The notes below the pieces were generated by a model. It saw only the letters and a program-made list of their open reading frames with translations. It was not told the origin of the DNA and searched no databases. Below are positions 19,670-29,717 of a stretch of 64,000 bases of DNA, in pieces (the first letter of the stretch is position 1; each line of letters opens with the position of its first letter). The stretch is from an uncultured Verrucomicrobiae bacterium (lineage in GTDB: Bacteria; Verrucomicrobiota; Verrucomicrobiia; Limisphaerales; Palsa-1400). Made by a program: the position numbers and the translations under genes. The stretch lies in assembly GCA_963764165.1 (NCBI GenBank), contig CAVXRD010000002.1, forward strand, positions 1,216,001-1,280,000, given 5' to 3'.

Positions 19670-20842
19670 ATGGCTCAACAACTGGCTTACGTCATCATTA
19701 CTCCGTACACGCTCCACAAGTCCCGCACGGGCGGGATTCTGGCGCGGCTGATCACCCGCACCGGTCTCGAATTGGCGGCGGCCCGCATGTTCGCGCCCAG
19801 CAACGAACTGGTGCAGCAGTATGCCGACAAAATTATTTCCGCCGAAGATCCGCAGGATCGCCGCATTCAGGAATTGATCCGCGATTACATCCTGCGCAAT
19901 CTCGCGCCGGATCCCAAGACGAAACGCGCCCGGCGCGTCATGGTGCTTTTGTTCCGCGGCGAGGAAGCCGTGCGAAAGGTTCGCTCCGTCATCGGCAACA
20001 TCGCCGCCGGACGCCATGGCGGCGAAACCATTCGCGACACCTATGGCGATCTCGTGGTCGATGAGCATGACCAGGTGCGCTACTTCGAGCCGGCCGTCCT
20101 GGCCGCGCCGACGCCGGATGAAGCGGTGACCAAGCTCAAACTGTGGGCCAGCTATTCCGATTCGGACGGCGGCATTGTGGACAACACGCTCTTTCACGGC
20201 GCGGAAGACAAACCGCAGCGCACTCTCGTTCTCATCAAGCCGGACAACTTCCGCTTCGCCACGGGACGACCGGGCAATGTCATTGATTTTCTGTCGCGCA
20301 CGGGATTGTTCATCGTCGGCATCAAGGTGCATCGCATGAGCATGGCCGAGGCGTCGGAATTTTACGGGCCGGTGCGCGAAGTATTGCGCACGAAGCTGAA
20401 AGACGTCGTCGCCAGCCGTGCCAAGACGGCGCTGGAAAAGGAATTCGGCTTCAAAATTCCAGCGGCGGAAGAAAAGCATTTCGGCGAAATTCTAGGTCCG
20501 ATTTTTGGCGACAATCAATTCGACAACATCGTCAAATTCATGTCGGGCCGCTCGCCTGCTGATTGCGATCCCGCCTTGGCCAAACAGCCGGGAACGGAGC
20601 GTTGCATCGCCTTGATTTACGAGGGTGTGGAGGCGATTGGAAAAATCCGCGACGTCCTCGGCCCGACCGATCCGTCGAAGGCGCCGCCGGGATCCATCCG
20701 GCGCGAATTCGGCTCGAACATCATGGTCAACGCGGCCCACGCCAGCGATTCCGTCGCAAGCGCGGAGCGGGAAATGAAGATCGTCAATGTGGGCGAGAAC
20801 AACTTCCGCGCGGTGGTGGAAGAAGTTTACGGCAAAATCTGA
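19670..20842 (+). CDS. ndk: Nucleoside-diphosphate kinase, double-length form
   Basis: RTLVLIKPD, GPTDP..A.PGSIR and NAAHASDS (catalytic His); the N-half is a second NDK-like repeat (ETIRDTYG). Confidence 0.85.
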   Translation: MAQQLAYVIITPYTLHKSRTGGILARLITRTGLELAAARMFAPSNELVQQYADKIISAEDPQDRRIQELIRDYILRNLAPDPKTKRARRVMVLLFRGEEAVRKVRSVIGNIAAGRHGGETIRDTYGDLVVDEHDQVRYFEPAVLAAPTPDEAVTKLKLWASYSDSDGGIVDNTLFHGAEDKPQRTLVLIKPDNFRFATGRPGNVIDFLSRTGLFIVGIKVHRMSMAEASEFYGPVREVLRTKLKDVVASRAKTALEKEFGFKIPAAEEKHFGEILGPIFGDNQFDNIVKFMSGRSPADCDPALAKQPGTERCIALIYEGVEAIGKIRDVLGPTDPSKAPPGSIRREFGSNIMVNAAHASDSVASAEREMKIVNVGENNFRAVVEEVYGKI

Positions 20843-20875
20843 TTTTGCCGCTGATAAAGGTAGGGACGCCTCGCC

Positions 20876-22558
20876 GAGATTGTCTCAAAACTTCTGTTTT
20901 TTGAGGAATGTATTTGACAATATGTGAGCCTTTAGTTGACAATGCCGTTCAACAAATATGGCTCAACCGATTGCCCCTGATTACGGACAGCAGTTCCTCC
21001 TCCCGCCCGCCCTGGAGGACTGGGTGTCCGCCGACCATCCCGCCCGCTTCCTGCGCGAATTTGTCGACCAGTTGGATCTGCCCCAGCTTGGGTTTGTCAT
21101 TCCCGCCGCCGCCGAAGGCCGTCCGCCCTATGCCCCCAGCCTCCTGCTCAAGATTTGGCTTTACGGTTATTTCCACCGCATTCGCTCCACCCGCAAGCTG
21201 GAAACCGCCTGCACGGAGCATGTCTCGCTGCTGTGGCTGACGGGGCTCAACGCCCCCGACCACAACAGCCTCTGGCGGTTCTGGGACGGAAACAAAAAGG
21301 CCCTGCGCCAGGTTTTCAAGCAAACCGTGCAGCTGGCCCTCCGCACCGGGGCGGTGGGATTTGCCTTGCAAGCGTTGGACGGCACCAAGATTCAAGCCGC
21401 CTGCAGCGGGCCGCAGGGCTGGAGCAAGGTTTACATGGAGAAGCTCCTGGCCCAGCTGGATGGCGCCTTGGAGGAAATCGAGCTCAAAGTCGTGGCGGAG
21501 AACCAGGATTCCAGCGCACCGGGCTGCCGGCTGCCCGCCGGGTTGGCCCAGCGCCAGGCCCTGCGCGAGGAAATCAAAAAAGGCCTGGCCCAGCTGCAGG
21601 CCGACGGGCGCCACCATTACCATCCAGCCGAACCGGAGGCGCGCCGGATGAAAGTCGGCGACACCAACCGCTTTGCCTACAACGCCCAGGCGGTGGCCGA
21701 CAGCCAGGAGGGCATCATGGTCGCCTGTCAAGCCACCCGCCAGGAAACCGACGCCGGCCAGCTGGTCCCCATGATTGAAGAAGCGAGGCAAAACCTCGGT
21801 CCGGCGGCCATTCCAACCCTCACCGCCGCCGACGCCGGCTATGGGGGCGGGGCCGACTTGAAAGCGGCCGTGGAACAGCAGATGAATGTGCTGGCCCCGC
21901 CGGCGGAGGGCAAGCCAGCCCACGACAACGCCTACGCGACGCAGCATTTTCATTATGACGAGGCGGCCCACACCGTCACCTGCCCGCAAGAGCGCCTTCT
22001 GGACCACGAAGGCCAGACCACCAAGAAAGGCCAGACCGTTGAGCGCTTCCGCTGCCATCACCGAGACTGTCCCGTGCGCGCCCTCTGCAGCCGCGATCCC
22101 AAAGGGCGGCAAGTCGAAGTGTGGCCGCACACCACGCTGGTGCAAGCCATGCGGGCCCGGCTGCAAGAGCCAGGACCCGCCGCGCTTTATGGAAAGCGCA
22201 AAGAGATCATCGAACGCCGGTTTGGGCAGCTCAAGCAACACGACGGCTTTCGGCGTTGGACAGTTTGGGGTCTGGAAGCCGTGCAAGCCCAATGGGCCTT
22301 GTTATGCGCCACCTTGAACCTGCGAATCCTCTATAAAAAGTGGCAGGCCCGGGTCCAGACGCCGAAAATGGAAGTCAAAACCGCCGCGGTTGAAGGAAAT
22401 TTGGCGATGGCGGCCTAAAAAAGGAGGGAAAGGGAAGCTTGGCGTCATCGCTGACGCCAGCCACGCTCTGACAACTAAAAGTTGACACCCGTTTCCACAG
22501 CCCCTATTGGTGCCCATATAACCAGATCGGCCAGACTAAAACGTTTTGAGACAGTCTC
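20876..22558 (+). mobile_element. IS1182-family insertion sequence, copy 1 (1683 bp)
   Basis: Terminal IRs GAGATTGTCTCAAAAC / GTTTTGAGACAGTCTC; 4-bp target duplication CGCC (20872-20875, 22559-22562). Confidence 0.93.
20958..22418 (+). CDS. IS1182-family DDE transposase
   Basis: GRPPYAP...LYGY...RSTRKLE, PDH, LDGTKI, YNAQ, ADAGY and IERRFGQLK motifs. Confidence 0.93.
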   Translation: MAQPIAPDYGQQFLLPPALEDWVSADHPARFLREFVDQLDLPQLGFVIPAAAEGRPPYAPSLLLKIWLYGYFHRIRSTRKLETACTEHVSLLWLTGLNAPDHNSLWRFWDGNKKALRQVFKQTVQLALRTGAVGFALQALDGTKIQAACSGPQGWSKVYMEKLLAQLDGALEEIELKVVAENQDSSAPGCRLPAGLAQRQALREEIKKGLAQLQADGRHHYHPAEPEARRMKVGDTNRFAYNAQAVADSQEGIMVACQATRQETDAGQLVPMIEEARQNLGPAAIPTLTAADAGYGGGADLKAAVEQQMNVLAPPAEGKPAHDNAYATQHFHYDEAAHTVTCPQERLLDHEGQTTKKGQTVERFRCHHRDCPVRALCSRDPKGRQVEVWPHTTLVQAMRARLQEPGPAALYGKRKEIIERRFGQLKQHDGFRRWTVWGLEAVQAQWALLCATLNLRILYKKWQARVQTPKMEVKTAAVEGNLAMAA

Positions 22559-22710
22559 CGCCGAGGCGTCCGGGGACTTTCGCGAGTCCGCACGTGTTCA
22601 AAAAATGCCATAGCCCCGGACGCCTCGGCGAGGCGTCAAAAAATGGCCCCCGCATTAGCCCTTTACGGGTCGCGCGGGATGGGGTATAATGCCACCCAGA
22701 AAGTATCTAT

Positions 22711-22917
22711 ATGCATATGATGATAGCCGGCATGATTGGCGGCACGGAGTTGATGGTGATCGCGGTGGTCGCGATGGTTCTCTTTGGCGCGCGCAAAATT
22801 CCCGAATTCGCCAAGGGACTCGGCCAGGCGATGAAGGAATTCAAAAAAGCGTCCAACGACGAGGATCATCCGAATTCCACGCCGACGACGCCCGCGCAGC
22901 CGCCCGCCGCGAAGTAA
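22711..22917 (+). CDS. tatA: Twin-arginine translocase TatA/E
   Basis: GGTEL...LFGARKIPEFAKGLG...EFKKA. Confidence 0.9.
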   Translation: MHMMIAGMIGGTELMVIAVVAMVLFGARKIPEFAKGLGQAMKEFKKASNDEDHPNSTPTTPAQPPAAK

Positions 22918-23001
22918 TCGCGAACCGCCATTCACGGCGGCTTGGCGCTTTACTAAGGGCGCCGCGTGAGTTACATTTTGGCGAAGAAAAACACTGGATT
23001 G

Positions 23002-23295
23002 ATGCATATGAGTTTTGCGTTTTTAGGCATGGGCGGCACGGAAATGCTGGTTGTCATGGGGGCCGCATTGGTTCTTTTTGGCTCGAAGAAGATTCCGGAG
23101 TTCGCCAAGGGCCTTGGTTCCGCCATGCGGGAGTTCAAGAAGGCCTCGGCGGACGTCAGTTACGAGCTGCAGAACGCCATGAATTCCGAACCCGTCCACA
23201 CGCCTCCGCCACCCGCGAAGTTGGCAGCCCCAGCCCCCGAAACAACCGCAACCGTTTCGCCTGCGCCTGCCGCCACTGTTCCAAAGTCCTCCTGA
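23002..23295 (+). CDS. Second TatA/TatB-family subunit
   Basis: GMGGTEM...LFGSKKIPEFAKGLG...EFKKA with a Pro/Ala tail. Confidence 0.88.
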   Translation: MHMSFAFLGMGGTEMLVVMGAALVLFGSKKIPEFAKGLGSAMREFKKASADVSYELQNAMNSEPVHTPPPPAKLAAPAPETTATVSPAPAATVPKSS

Positions 23296-23312
23296 TCCGC
23301 TATAACTAAACC

Positions 23313-24320
23313 ATGGCGGATGGTGACGAAGCACTTCGGCCCGAAGAAGAAGAGGTTGGCGGTGGAGCGGTCAAATCGTTCCTCGAACACCTCGAAGATT
23401 TGCGTTGGATGCTTATCAAGGCATGCGGCGCGCTCTTCGTCGCTTTTGTCGTTTGCCTGTTTATTCCGAATCAGCTTGTAGCCATTCTCAAGTGGCCGCT
23501 CGACAAGTCCAGCCAGCGCCATGTCGCATTGGTTCCAACGGACACGAACCAGGTGCTCGCGGTCCAAATGGGCGATTTGACGCTCGTGACGGGCCGAACC
23601 AAAACGAACCACTTCGGCCCCGTTGATTTCGGCACGAACCAGTTCGTCACCCTCAAGATCGATCCGGTCAAGATTGGGACGAACGTGGTCGCGGGCTTGA
23701 CGTTCATCACCAATGCTCCGGCTCCGGAAGGCGGCGGCCAGAAGCTCATGTTTGTCGATGGGCCTGGAGGTCCATTCATGTTCGCCATTCACATGGCGTT
23801 CTTTGGCGGAATTATTTTGGCGTCACCGTTCATCCTTTATTACCTCGGCGAATTCATCATGCCGGCCCTCAAAATCCGCGAGAAGAAGTATTTCATGCGG
23901 GCGTTTATTTTCGGCACCGTGCTTTTTATCGGAGGCGTTTGCTTCGCCTACTTCGGCGTGATGCCCGCCGCCATCAAATTCGCCGTGCTTTACGCGGATT
24001 GGATGGGCATCGACGTCCCGTTCTGGCCCGCCAACGAATACGCCAGTTTCATGATCAAATTCATGCTTGGCATGGGCGCGGGATTTGAATTGCCCGTCGT
24101 TTTGCTGGCGCTGGTGAAGATCGGCATTCTCGATTACCAAAAGCTGAAGGCGATGCGCCGTTACATGATCGTGGGCAACCTGGTTCTCGGCGCGGTTTTG
24201 ACGACCCCGGAAGTCCTGACCCAAATTTGCATGGCCGTCGCCCTGCAAATCCTCTTCGAGATGGCCGTGTGGATCGCCTGGTATTGGGAACGCCAGGAGA
24301 AAAAGCGCGGACAGGTTTAA
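23313..24320 (+). CDS. tatC: Twin-arginine translocase TatC
   Basis: FLEHLEDLR, FIMPAL..REK and GFELP motifs; downstream of the tatA genes. Confidence 0.93.
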   Translation: MADGDEALRPEEEEVGGGAVKSFLEHLEDLRWMLIKACGALFVAFVVCLFIPNQLVAILKWPLDKSSQRHVALVPTDTNQVLAVQMGDLTLVTGRTKTNHFGPVDFGTNQFVTLKIDPVKIGTNVVAGLTFITNAPAPEGGGQKLMFVDGPGGPFMFAIHMAFFGGIILASPFILYYLGEFIMPALKIREKKYFMRAFIFGTVLFIGGVCFAYFGVMPAAIKFAVLYADWMGIDVPFWPANEYASFMIKFMLGMGAGFELPVVLLALVKIGILDYQKLKAMRRYMIVGNLVLGAVLTTPEVLTQICMAVALQILFEMAVWIAWYWERQEKKRGQV

Positions 24321-24376
24321 TTTAGGCGGGCGCAATCATTTTATTCCGCGCAGCCAAGCGATCTGAAAAAGCGGCA

Positions 24377-24496
24377 ACCGGTGCATCGGACGATTGTAAC
24401 TGCACCGCCGATGGTCGAATAGATGAATTGCGCCTGAACCGCCGGAGCAATTGCGATAAGCAGCCAACCGAAAGGAACGGACAATGTCGCTTTCGT
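24377..24496 (-). pseudogene. Relic N-terminus of a second BspA-type LRR gene
   Basis: TKATLSVPFGWLLIAIAPAVQAQFIYSTIGGAVTIVRCTG aligns gap-free with MKSLLPALFSALMFAVATAVQAQFTYTTDFGQITITGYTG; the start codon position reads ACG. Confidence 0.65.
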
Positions 24497-24548
24497 AGAT
24501 TCCCGCCTGGCACACTAGAGAGCAACGGCGTCTTTACGCGCCGCCAAC

Positions 24549-27140
24549 TCACTGGGTTTTAAGCACGTAGAACTGTTCATGCACAGCATGGTTTAGCGCA
24601 TTTGTGGCGGTGATCGTGAAGCCGCTTCCAGCCGAAAGCACATTCGTGGCCACCGGCGTCCACTGGCTCAACGGCAGAGCCAGATTTGTGCTCGATAGCA
24701 CATAACATGTGTCTCCCGACTGCGCGTTGCTCCCAGTGAAGACCAGATTTGCGCCAGAAATCTTGAAACTGGCAATGCTTGGTCCCGGATGTGACGATGT
24801 GACCGGGAGGACGCTAACATTGTCGAGGCCAAAAGCGCCGTTGTCGTCTCTGAATCCGAATTCCAACAGAGAAGTGGTTCCGGTGGCAGCGACGACATAC
24901 TGAAAATTCGTCCAATCGAAGGCCGGCAGGTTTCGCTCATCAAAAAGTATGTTTCCATTCCAAGTCACCAGAAATTTGTTAGGTATCTCCCCATCGGGGC
25001 TGTCCAGCCAGAAGGAAAGCGAGTAGCTCATTCCCGGTGTCGTGGGAAGGGTTTGATATAGATAGCCTAGATAACCGTATCCATACAGCACCGCATCGAA
25101 ATTCCCGGAAAACGGATAAATGTCAGAGTTGGTCTGGCTGTCAACACTCACCTCGCCATCCAAGACCGTCCAACCCGTGAGATCTCCTGTTTCAAATCCG
25201 CCGTTAACAACGAGTCCGGAATTAAAAATCGCCGCTATCGTCGCGGGACCAAAGCAGGCGATCTGGTCGCCGTTGGCGTCCGTCACGTAGAGATTCGGTG
25301 AATACTCGGCTGGCAACGCATATACATGCGTCGGATTCTGGTCCGTGCTGTTCGTGCCGTCGCCGAAATCCCAATACCAGCCTGTCAGTGGATTGCCCTG
25401 GTTGTCCATGCTCGGGGCGGCAAACTGCACCGTCAAAGGCGCAAAGCCCGAAGTGGGTGCTGCGGTGTACTGAAGGAAATCACCTTCGACATCGATCCAA
25501 TCCAGCGCGATATTGTTGTAATCATCCTGAAATTCAAATTCGAGGACAGTGTTGGTGTGGGTGGCCGAAACCACAAACTGCATGTTGGTCCAATTGATGG
25601 CGTTAAGATTCGTGGTGCTGAACAGAGTGTGCCCATTCCAAGACACGAGAAATTTAGCCGGATCCGAGAACGGATTATCGACCCAAAACGACAAGAAGTA
25701 GGTCCCGCCTGCGGTGGTGGCAATATTTTGGGATATGGAACCCGAAGCCCCCGAGGTGCCCAGGGCAGCTTCCTCATAACCAGGGTAAGGGCTGATGAAT
25801 GACTGTGTCCCGTCATCCACATATGTGCCGGTGGTGTCGCCAGCCAGCGTCCAACCATTGAAGAATCCCGTGGCGAAATCGCCGTTCAGCACCAATCCCA
25901 GGTAATCCGGTTGAATGGTTGCGTTGATGGCGATCGATGATCCTGCCACCGGAAACCCTTGGCTGTTTGTCTCCACGAGAGCGGCGCTGTATCCACCGAC
26001 GTTGGCGTAGGTGTTCGATGTATTCCGCTGGATGCTGGTTGAACCATCGCCAAAACTCCAACTCCAATTGCTCACCGCATTTCCCACGCTGTCGACCGCC
26101 GCCGAGGTGAAATCAACCGTCAAGGGAGCCGCGCCAAAGGTCGGATTGGCGCTGGCCGCTATGGAGGGCAGCGCCACCGTTGGATAACCCTCAAAGTAAG
26201 CAATCCAGCCAGGGGTTCCGGAAAAATAGTAAATGGTCAAGTCAAATCCATCGTTCTCGAATATATTATTTGCAGGTATCGGTCCCCCTTCGAAAAAGAC
26301 GCTGGTAAGATTTTCGTTGTCGGCGAAGGCATCGACATAGATTCCAAAGGGAAACCTGCTAGCGCCAATAACGAGGGTGTATAGGTTGCAGCTATCAAAG
26401 GCACTGGATCCAATAAACGTGACTGTGCTTGGAATCGTGAGATTGGTCAGGCTGGAGCAGTCATAGAAGGCGTCATCCCCAATGCTCTGGACTCCGCTCG
26501 AAATCACCAGGCTGGACAAGTTGGTGCAATATTCGAACGCTTCGTAGCCAATCGACGTGACAGTGCTTGGAATCGTGAGATTGGTCAGGCTGGAGCAGTC
26601 ATAGAAGGCGTCATCCCCAATGCTCTGGACACCGTTCGAAATCACCAGGCTGGACAAGTTGGTGCAATATTCGAACGCTTCGTAGCCAATCGATGTGACA
26701 GTGCCTGGAATCACGGCGTTCGTCAGGCTGTAGCAGTACAGGAACGCCCCTTCGCCGATTGTCGTGACGCCGTTCGAAATCGCGACGCTGGACAAGCCAA
26801 GGCAGTCCTGGAACGCGTAATTCCCTATAAATGTCACACTGCCCGGAATCGCGACGCTGCTCAGGCCCGTGCAATGATAAAATGCGCCATAGCCAATGTC
26901 GGTGACGCTGTTCGGAATCGCAACACTTGTGATGCTGCTGAAATCCTCGAAAGCCTCAGGGCCAATAGTGGTCACCGGCAAATTATTAATGGTCCTTGGA
27001 ATGACCACCGCGCCCCCGGCTCCTGTGTAGCCGGTAATGGTGATTTGCCCAAAATCGGTTGTGTAGGTGAATTGGGCTTGAACTGCTGTCGCAACGGCAA
27101 ACATCAGGGCGCTGAAAAGCGCGGGCAATAGCGATTTCAT
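24549..27140 (-). CDS. Secreted BspA-type leucine-rich-repeat protein with PKD and CBM-like domains
   Basis: Signal peptide; repeated VTxIGxxAFxxCxxLxxxxIP; WSFGDG and WDFGDG (PKD); two NGxFxTG modules. Confidence 0.88.
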   Translation of the reverse strand: MKSLLPALFSALMFAVATAVQAQFTYTTDFGQITITGYTGAGGAVVIPRTINNLPVTTIGPEAFEDFSSITSVAIPNSVTDIGYGAFYHCTGLSSVAIPGSVTFIGNYAFQDCLGLSSVAISNGVTTIGEGAFLYCYSLTNAVIPGTVTSIGYEAFEYCTNLSSLVISNGVQSIGDDAFYDCSSLTNLTIPSTVTSIGYEAFEYCTNLSSLVISSGVQSIGDDAFYDCSSLTNLTIPSTVTFIGSSAFDSCNLYTLVIGASRFPFGIYVDAFADNENLTSVFFEGGPIPANNIFENDGFDLTIYYFSGTPGWIAYFEGYPTVALPSIAASANPTFGAAPLTVDFTSAAVDSVGNAVSNWSWSFGDGSTSIQRNTSNTYANVGGYSAALVETNSQGFPVAGSSIAINATIQPDYLGLVLNGDFATGFFNGWTLAGDTTGTYVDDGTQSFISPYPGYEEAALGTSGASGSISQNIATTAGGTYFLSFWVDNPFSDPAKFLVSWNGHTLFSTTNLNAINWTNMQFVVSATHTNTVLEFEFQDDYNNIALDWIDVEGDFLQYTAAPTSGFAPLTVQFAAPSMDNQGNPLTGWYWDFGDGTNSTDQNPTHVYALPAEYSPNLYVTDANGDQIACFGPATIAAIFNSGLVVNGGFETGDLTGWTVLDGEVSVDSQTNSDIYPFSGNFDAVLYGYGYLGYLYQTLPTTPGMSYSLSFWLDSPDGEIPNKFLVTWNGNILFDERNLPAFDWTNFQYVVAATGTTSLLEFGFRDDNGAFGLDNVSVLPVTSSHPGPSIASFKISGANLVFTGSNAQSGDTCYVLSSTNLALPLSQWTPVATNVLSAGSGFTITATNALNHAVHEQFYVLKTQ

Positions 27141-27263
27141 AGGTTGCTTTTTGACGATCAAATTGCTCCTGAATGGAGCTTGCGTTCAGATTCCATATAA
27201 CTAGCGAATTTTCCCAGCCCCAGTCAACAAAATTAGTTCGCTAAAACGCGAAAATTCCTCAAA

Positions 27264-27325
27264 GGAGCGGCAGAGTCGTCCCGCCGCTGAATCAGCTCGC
27301 CAGAGGCGGGACGCCTCTGCCACTT
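27264..27325. repeat. REP doublet family B, copy 2
   Basis: gtcccgccgctgaa...cagaggcgggacgcctctgccactt. Confidence 0.7.
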
Positions 27326-27427
27326 ACAATGGCCACAGCGTCAGCAGAATTTTGTTTTGCACACTTGCGCCCCGGCAAGCTCCATTCCTCATTGCGCTTT
27401 GCGGCCAAAACCTTAGCTTTTGCGTTT

Positions 27428-28399
27428 GTGGATGAGAGTCTCCCAACGGTGACCGTAATCATTGCCGCCCGGCCGGATATGGCCGATGTGCGGGCGGTCG
27501 GGCCTGCGCTGCGGATGGATTATCCGCCCGGCAAACTCGAAGTCATTTTGGCGCGGGGCAAGCAGCCTTCAGTGCAGCGCAATGCCGCCCTTCGCGCGGC
27601 GGCGGGAGGGATCATCTATTTCCTTGACGACGACTCGCTCGCGTTTGCTGACAGTTTGCGGCGCGGGGTGGCGCATTTTCATTCCGTGGAAGTGAAAATG
27701 GCGGGCGGCCCAAGCCTTTGTCCGCCGGAGGCGCCCGCGGTTGAACAAGCGTTCGCCTTGGCGATGGGGACGGTGCTGGCGTTCGGGCCGAGCCGCGCCC
27801 GCTACCGCAAAGTCGGCTTGCCGCGGGCGACGAGCGAAAAGGAATTGATCCTTTGCAATTTAATGGCGCGAAGGGCGGATTTAATGGAATTGGGAGGCTT
27901 CAATGAGCGTCTTTATCCCAACGAGGAAAACGCGCTCATGGACGAATTGCAAAAGCGCGGCGGCAAACTCATTTACGATCCCGAACTTTTTGTTTACAGG
28001 CGGCCGCGCCCGAATTTTGCCGCATTCCGCCGGATGCTGTTGAATTACGGCAGGGGCCGGGCTGAGCAGTTTCGCCTGCATCCCACAGCGCGCTCAGCCC
28101 CAAATTTTGTCCCTCCTCTCTTTTGCGTCTTTCTGCTGGCGCTGCCGTTTTTGCCCTTGGCGGCATGGTGGCTGCTGGCAATTTACGGAGTGGCGGTCCT
28201 GGCGCAATCGCTGGCCGTTGTGCCGCTGGACAAGCTGTATTGGTTTCCGTGGATTAGCGGTCTGATATTTGTCAGCCACGTTTGGTATGGGATTGGTTTT
28301 TGGCGCGGCTTGTTCACAAAACCAAAACCGCCTTCCGCTGAAATCTCGGGCGAGGTGAAATTGGAGTGGCTAAAAACCTTCGATGGGAGCCGAACGTAA
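27428..28399 (+). CDS. Family 2 glycosyltransferase with C-terminal TM helices
   Basis: PTVTVII, QRNAA, FLDDD and GGFNE motifs; probable GTG start. Confidence 0.85.
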   Translation: MDESLPTVTVIIAARPDMADVRAVGPALRMDYPPGKLEVILARGKQPSVQRNAALRAAAGGIIYFLDDDSLAFADSLRRGVAHFHSVEVKMAGGPSLCPPEAPAVEQAFALAMGTVLAFGPSRARYRKVGLPRATSEKELILCNLMARRADLMELGGFNERLYPNEENALMDELQKRGGKLIYDPELFVYRRPRPNFAAFRRMLLNYGRGRAEQFRLHPTARSAPNFVPPLFCVFLLALPFLPLAAWWLLAIYGVAVLAQSLAVVPLDKLYWFPWISGLIFVSHVWYGIGFWRGLFTKPKPPSAEISGEVKLEWLKTFDGSRT

Positions 28400-28420
28400 T
28401 GTCCGCGGCAAACGCACGCC

Positions 28421-29458
28421 ATGAGCGCAAATAAATTCAACGTCGCGATCACGGCGGATTTTCTGGATGCGCAAGGCAACCCGGCATTCCACGACATCGG
28501 GCTGGCGCTGTTGGAAGCGCAGCCGCATATCAAGTGGCGCGGTTTCCGCGAGCATCGCAGTGTCGTGGGCGCGGATCAAATTGGCGAAGCCCACGCGGTT
28601 TACGTCATGTCGCCGAACGTCTCCCGCGAAAGTCTGGCTGGCGCGAAAAATCTGCTGCTCATCGCGAGATTCGGCGTGGGTTACGATCAGGTCGACATCG
28701 CCGCCTGCACCGAGGCGGGTGTGCTGGTGACGATCACGAAAGGCGCGGTCGATTATTCCGTCGCCGAGGCAACGATTGGCTGGATGCTGGCGCTTTGTCA
28801 CAGGATTCGCGCCAAAGACAACTTGGTGCGGAGCGGAAGATGGAACGACCGAGCCCATTTTATGGGACGCGAGTTGCGTCATCGAACGCTCGGTGTGATC
28901 GGCCTTGGCGGAATCGCCCGCAAGACGATTGAATTGTTGCGCCCGTTTGGAATGAACAAGCCGCTGGCCTGCGATCCACACGCGTCCCCCACAGACGAGG
29001 CGGAATTGATCGCGCTCGACGAATTATTGCGCCGCGCGGATTTCGTTTCCATTCATTGCCCGCTGACGGAGAAGACACGCGGATTGATCGGCGCGCGCGA
29101 ATTGGCGCTGATGAAGCCCGCTGCGTTTCTTCTCAACACAGCGCGCGGCGGAATTGTGAATGAGGACGCGCTTTTCGACGCGCTGAAACAAAACAAAATC
29201 GCCGGCGCGGCCATTGATTGTTTTGAAGGTGAACCGCTGCGGCAGGCGCCGCGATTTGCGGAATTGGAAAATGTATGGCTTGCCCCGCACGCCATCGCGT
29301 GGACGGACGAGCAATTTCACAGCATCGGAACGATGGCGTGCCAGGCCATCGTGGATGTTTCGCTCGGGAAGCAGCCAAGCGTCATCGTGAATCCAGAAGT
29401 TCTGGCGCAGCCGAATTTTCGCGACAAATGGAATGCGAGCGGCTTTCGGCGGTATTGA
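28421..29458 (+). CDS. D-2-hydroxyacid dehydrogenase (SerA-like)
   Basis: GVGYDQVD, GLGGIA, HCPLT, NTARGGIV and APH motifs. Confidence 0.9.
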   Translation: MSANKFNVAITADFLDAQGNPAFHDIGLALLEAQPHIKWRGFREHRSVVGADQIGEAHAVYVMSPNVSRESLAGAKNLLLIARFGVGYDQVDIAACTEAGVLVTITKGAVDYSVAEATIGWMLALCHRIRAKDNLVRSGRWNDRAHFMGRELRHRTLGVIGLGGIARKTIELLRPFGMNKPLACDPHASPTDEAELIALDELLRRADFVSIHCPLTEKTRGLIGARELALMKPAAFLLNTARGGIVNEDALFDALKQNKIAGAAIDCFEGEPLRQAPRFAELENVWLAPHAIAWTDEQFHSIGTMACQAIVDVSLGKQPSVIVNPEVLAQPNFRDKWNASGFRRY

Positions 29459-29483
29459 CCCGCTGGCAGAAAGAGAATACTTT
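29455..29483 (+). promoter_or_regulatory. sigma70 promoter of vapBC, probably leaderless
   Basis: TTGACC-17 nt-TACTTT; the ATG begins at 29490. Confidence 0.6.
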
Positions 29484-29489
29484 TTCCCC

Positions 29490-29717
29490 ATGGAAACGGT
29501 GACGTTGAAAATGGACAGGAAACATATTGCGCTTTTAAGGGAACAGGCCAAAGCGCTCGGGCGTTCCCAGGCTGCGATTGTGCGTGATTTGATTGAACAG
29601 CACCTCGCCCCAAAAAAACGCCCATCGTTGCATGAACGCGCCAAGGATCTTTGCGGCAGCATCCGCGGCCCTAAAGATTTGTCCACCAAACCGCTGACCG
29701 GCTATGGCCGCGACTAG
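29490..29717 (+). CDS. Ribbon-helix-helix (CopG-like) antitoxin
   Basis: METVTLKMD...AKALGRSQAAIVRDLIE; overlaps the PIN gene. Confidence 0.82.
   Translation: METVTLKMDRKHIALLREQAKALGRSQAAIVRDLIEQHLAPKKRPSLHERAKDLCGSIRGPKDLSTKPLTGYGRD

Larger units (their letters stand above)
20859..22637. repeat. REP doublet family A interrupted by IS1182 copy 1
   Basis: ggtagggacgcct[cgcc] - IS - [cgcc]gaggcgtcc...ggacgcctcggcgaggcgtc. Confidence 0.9.
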
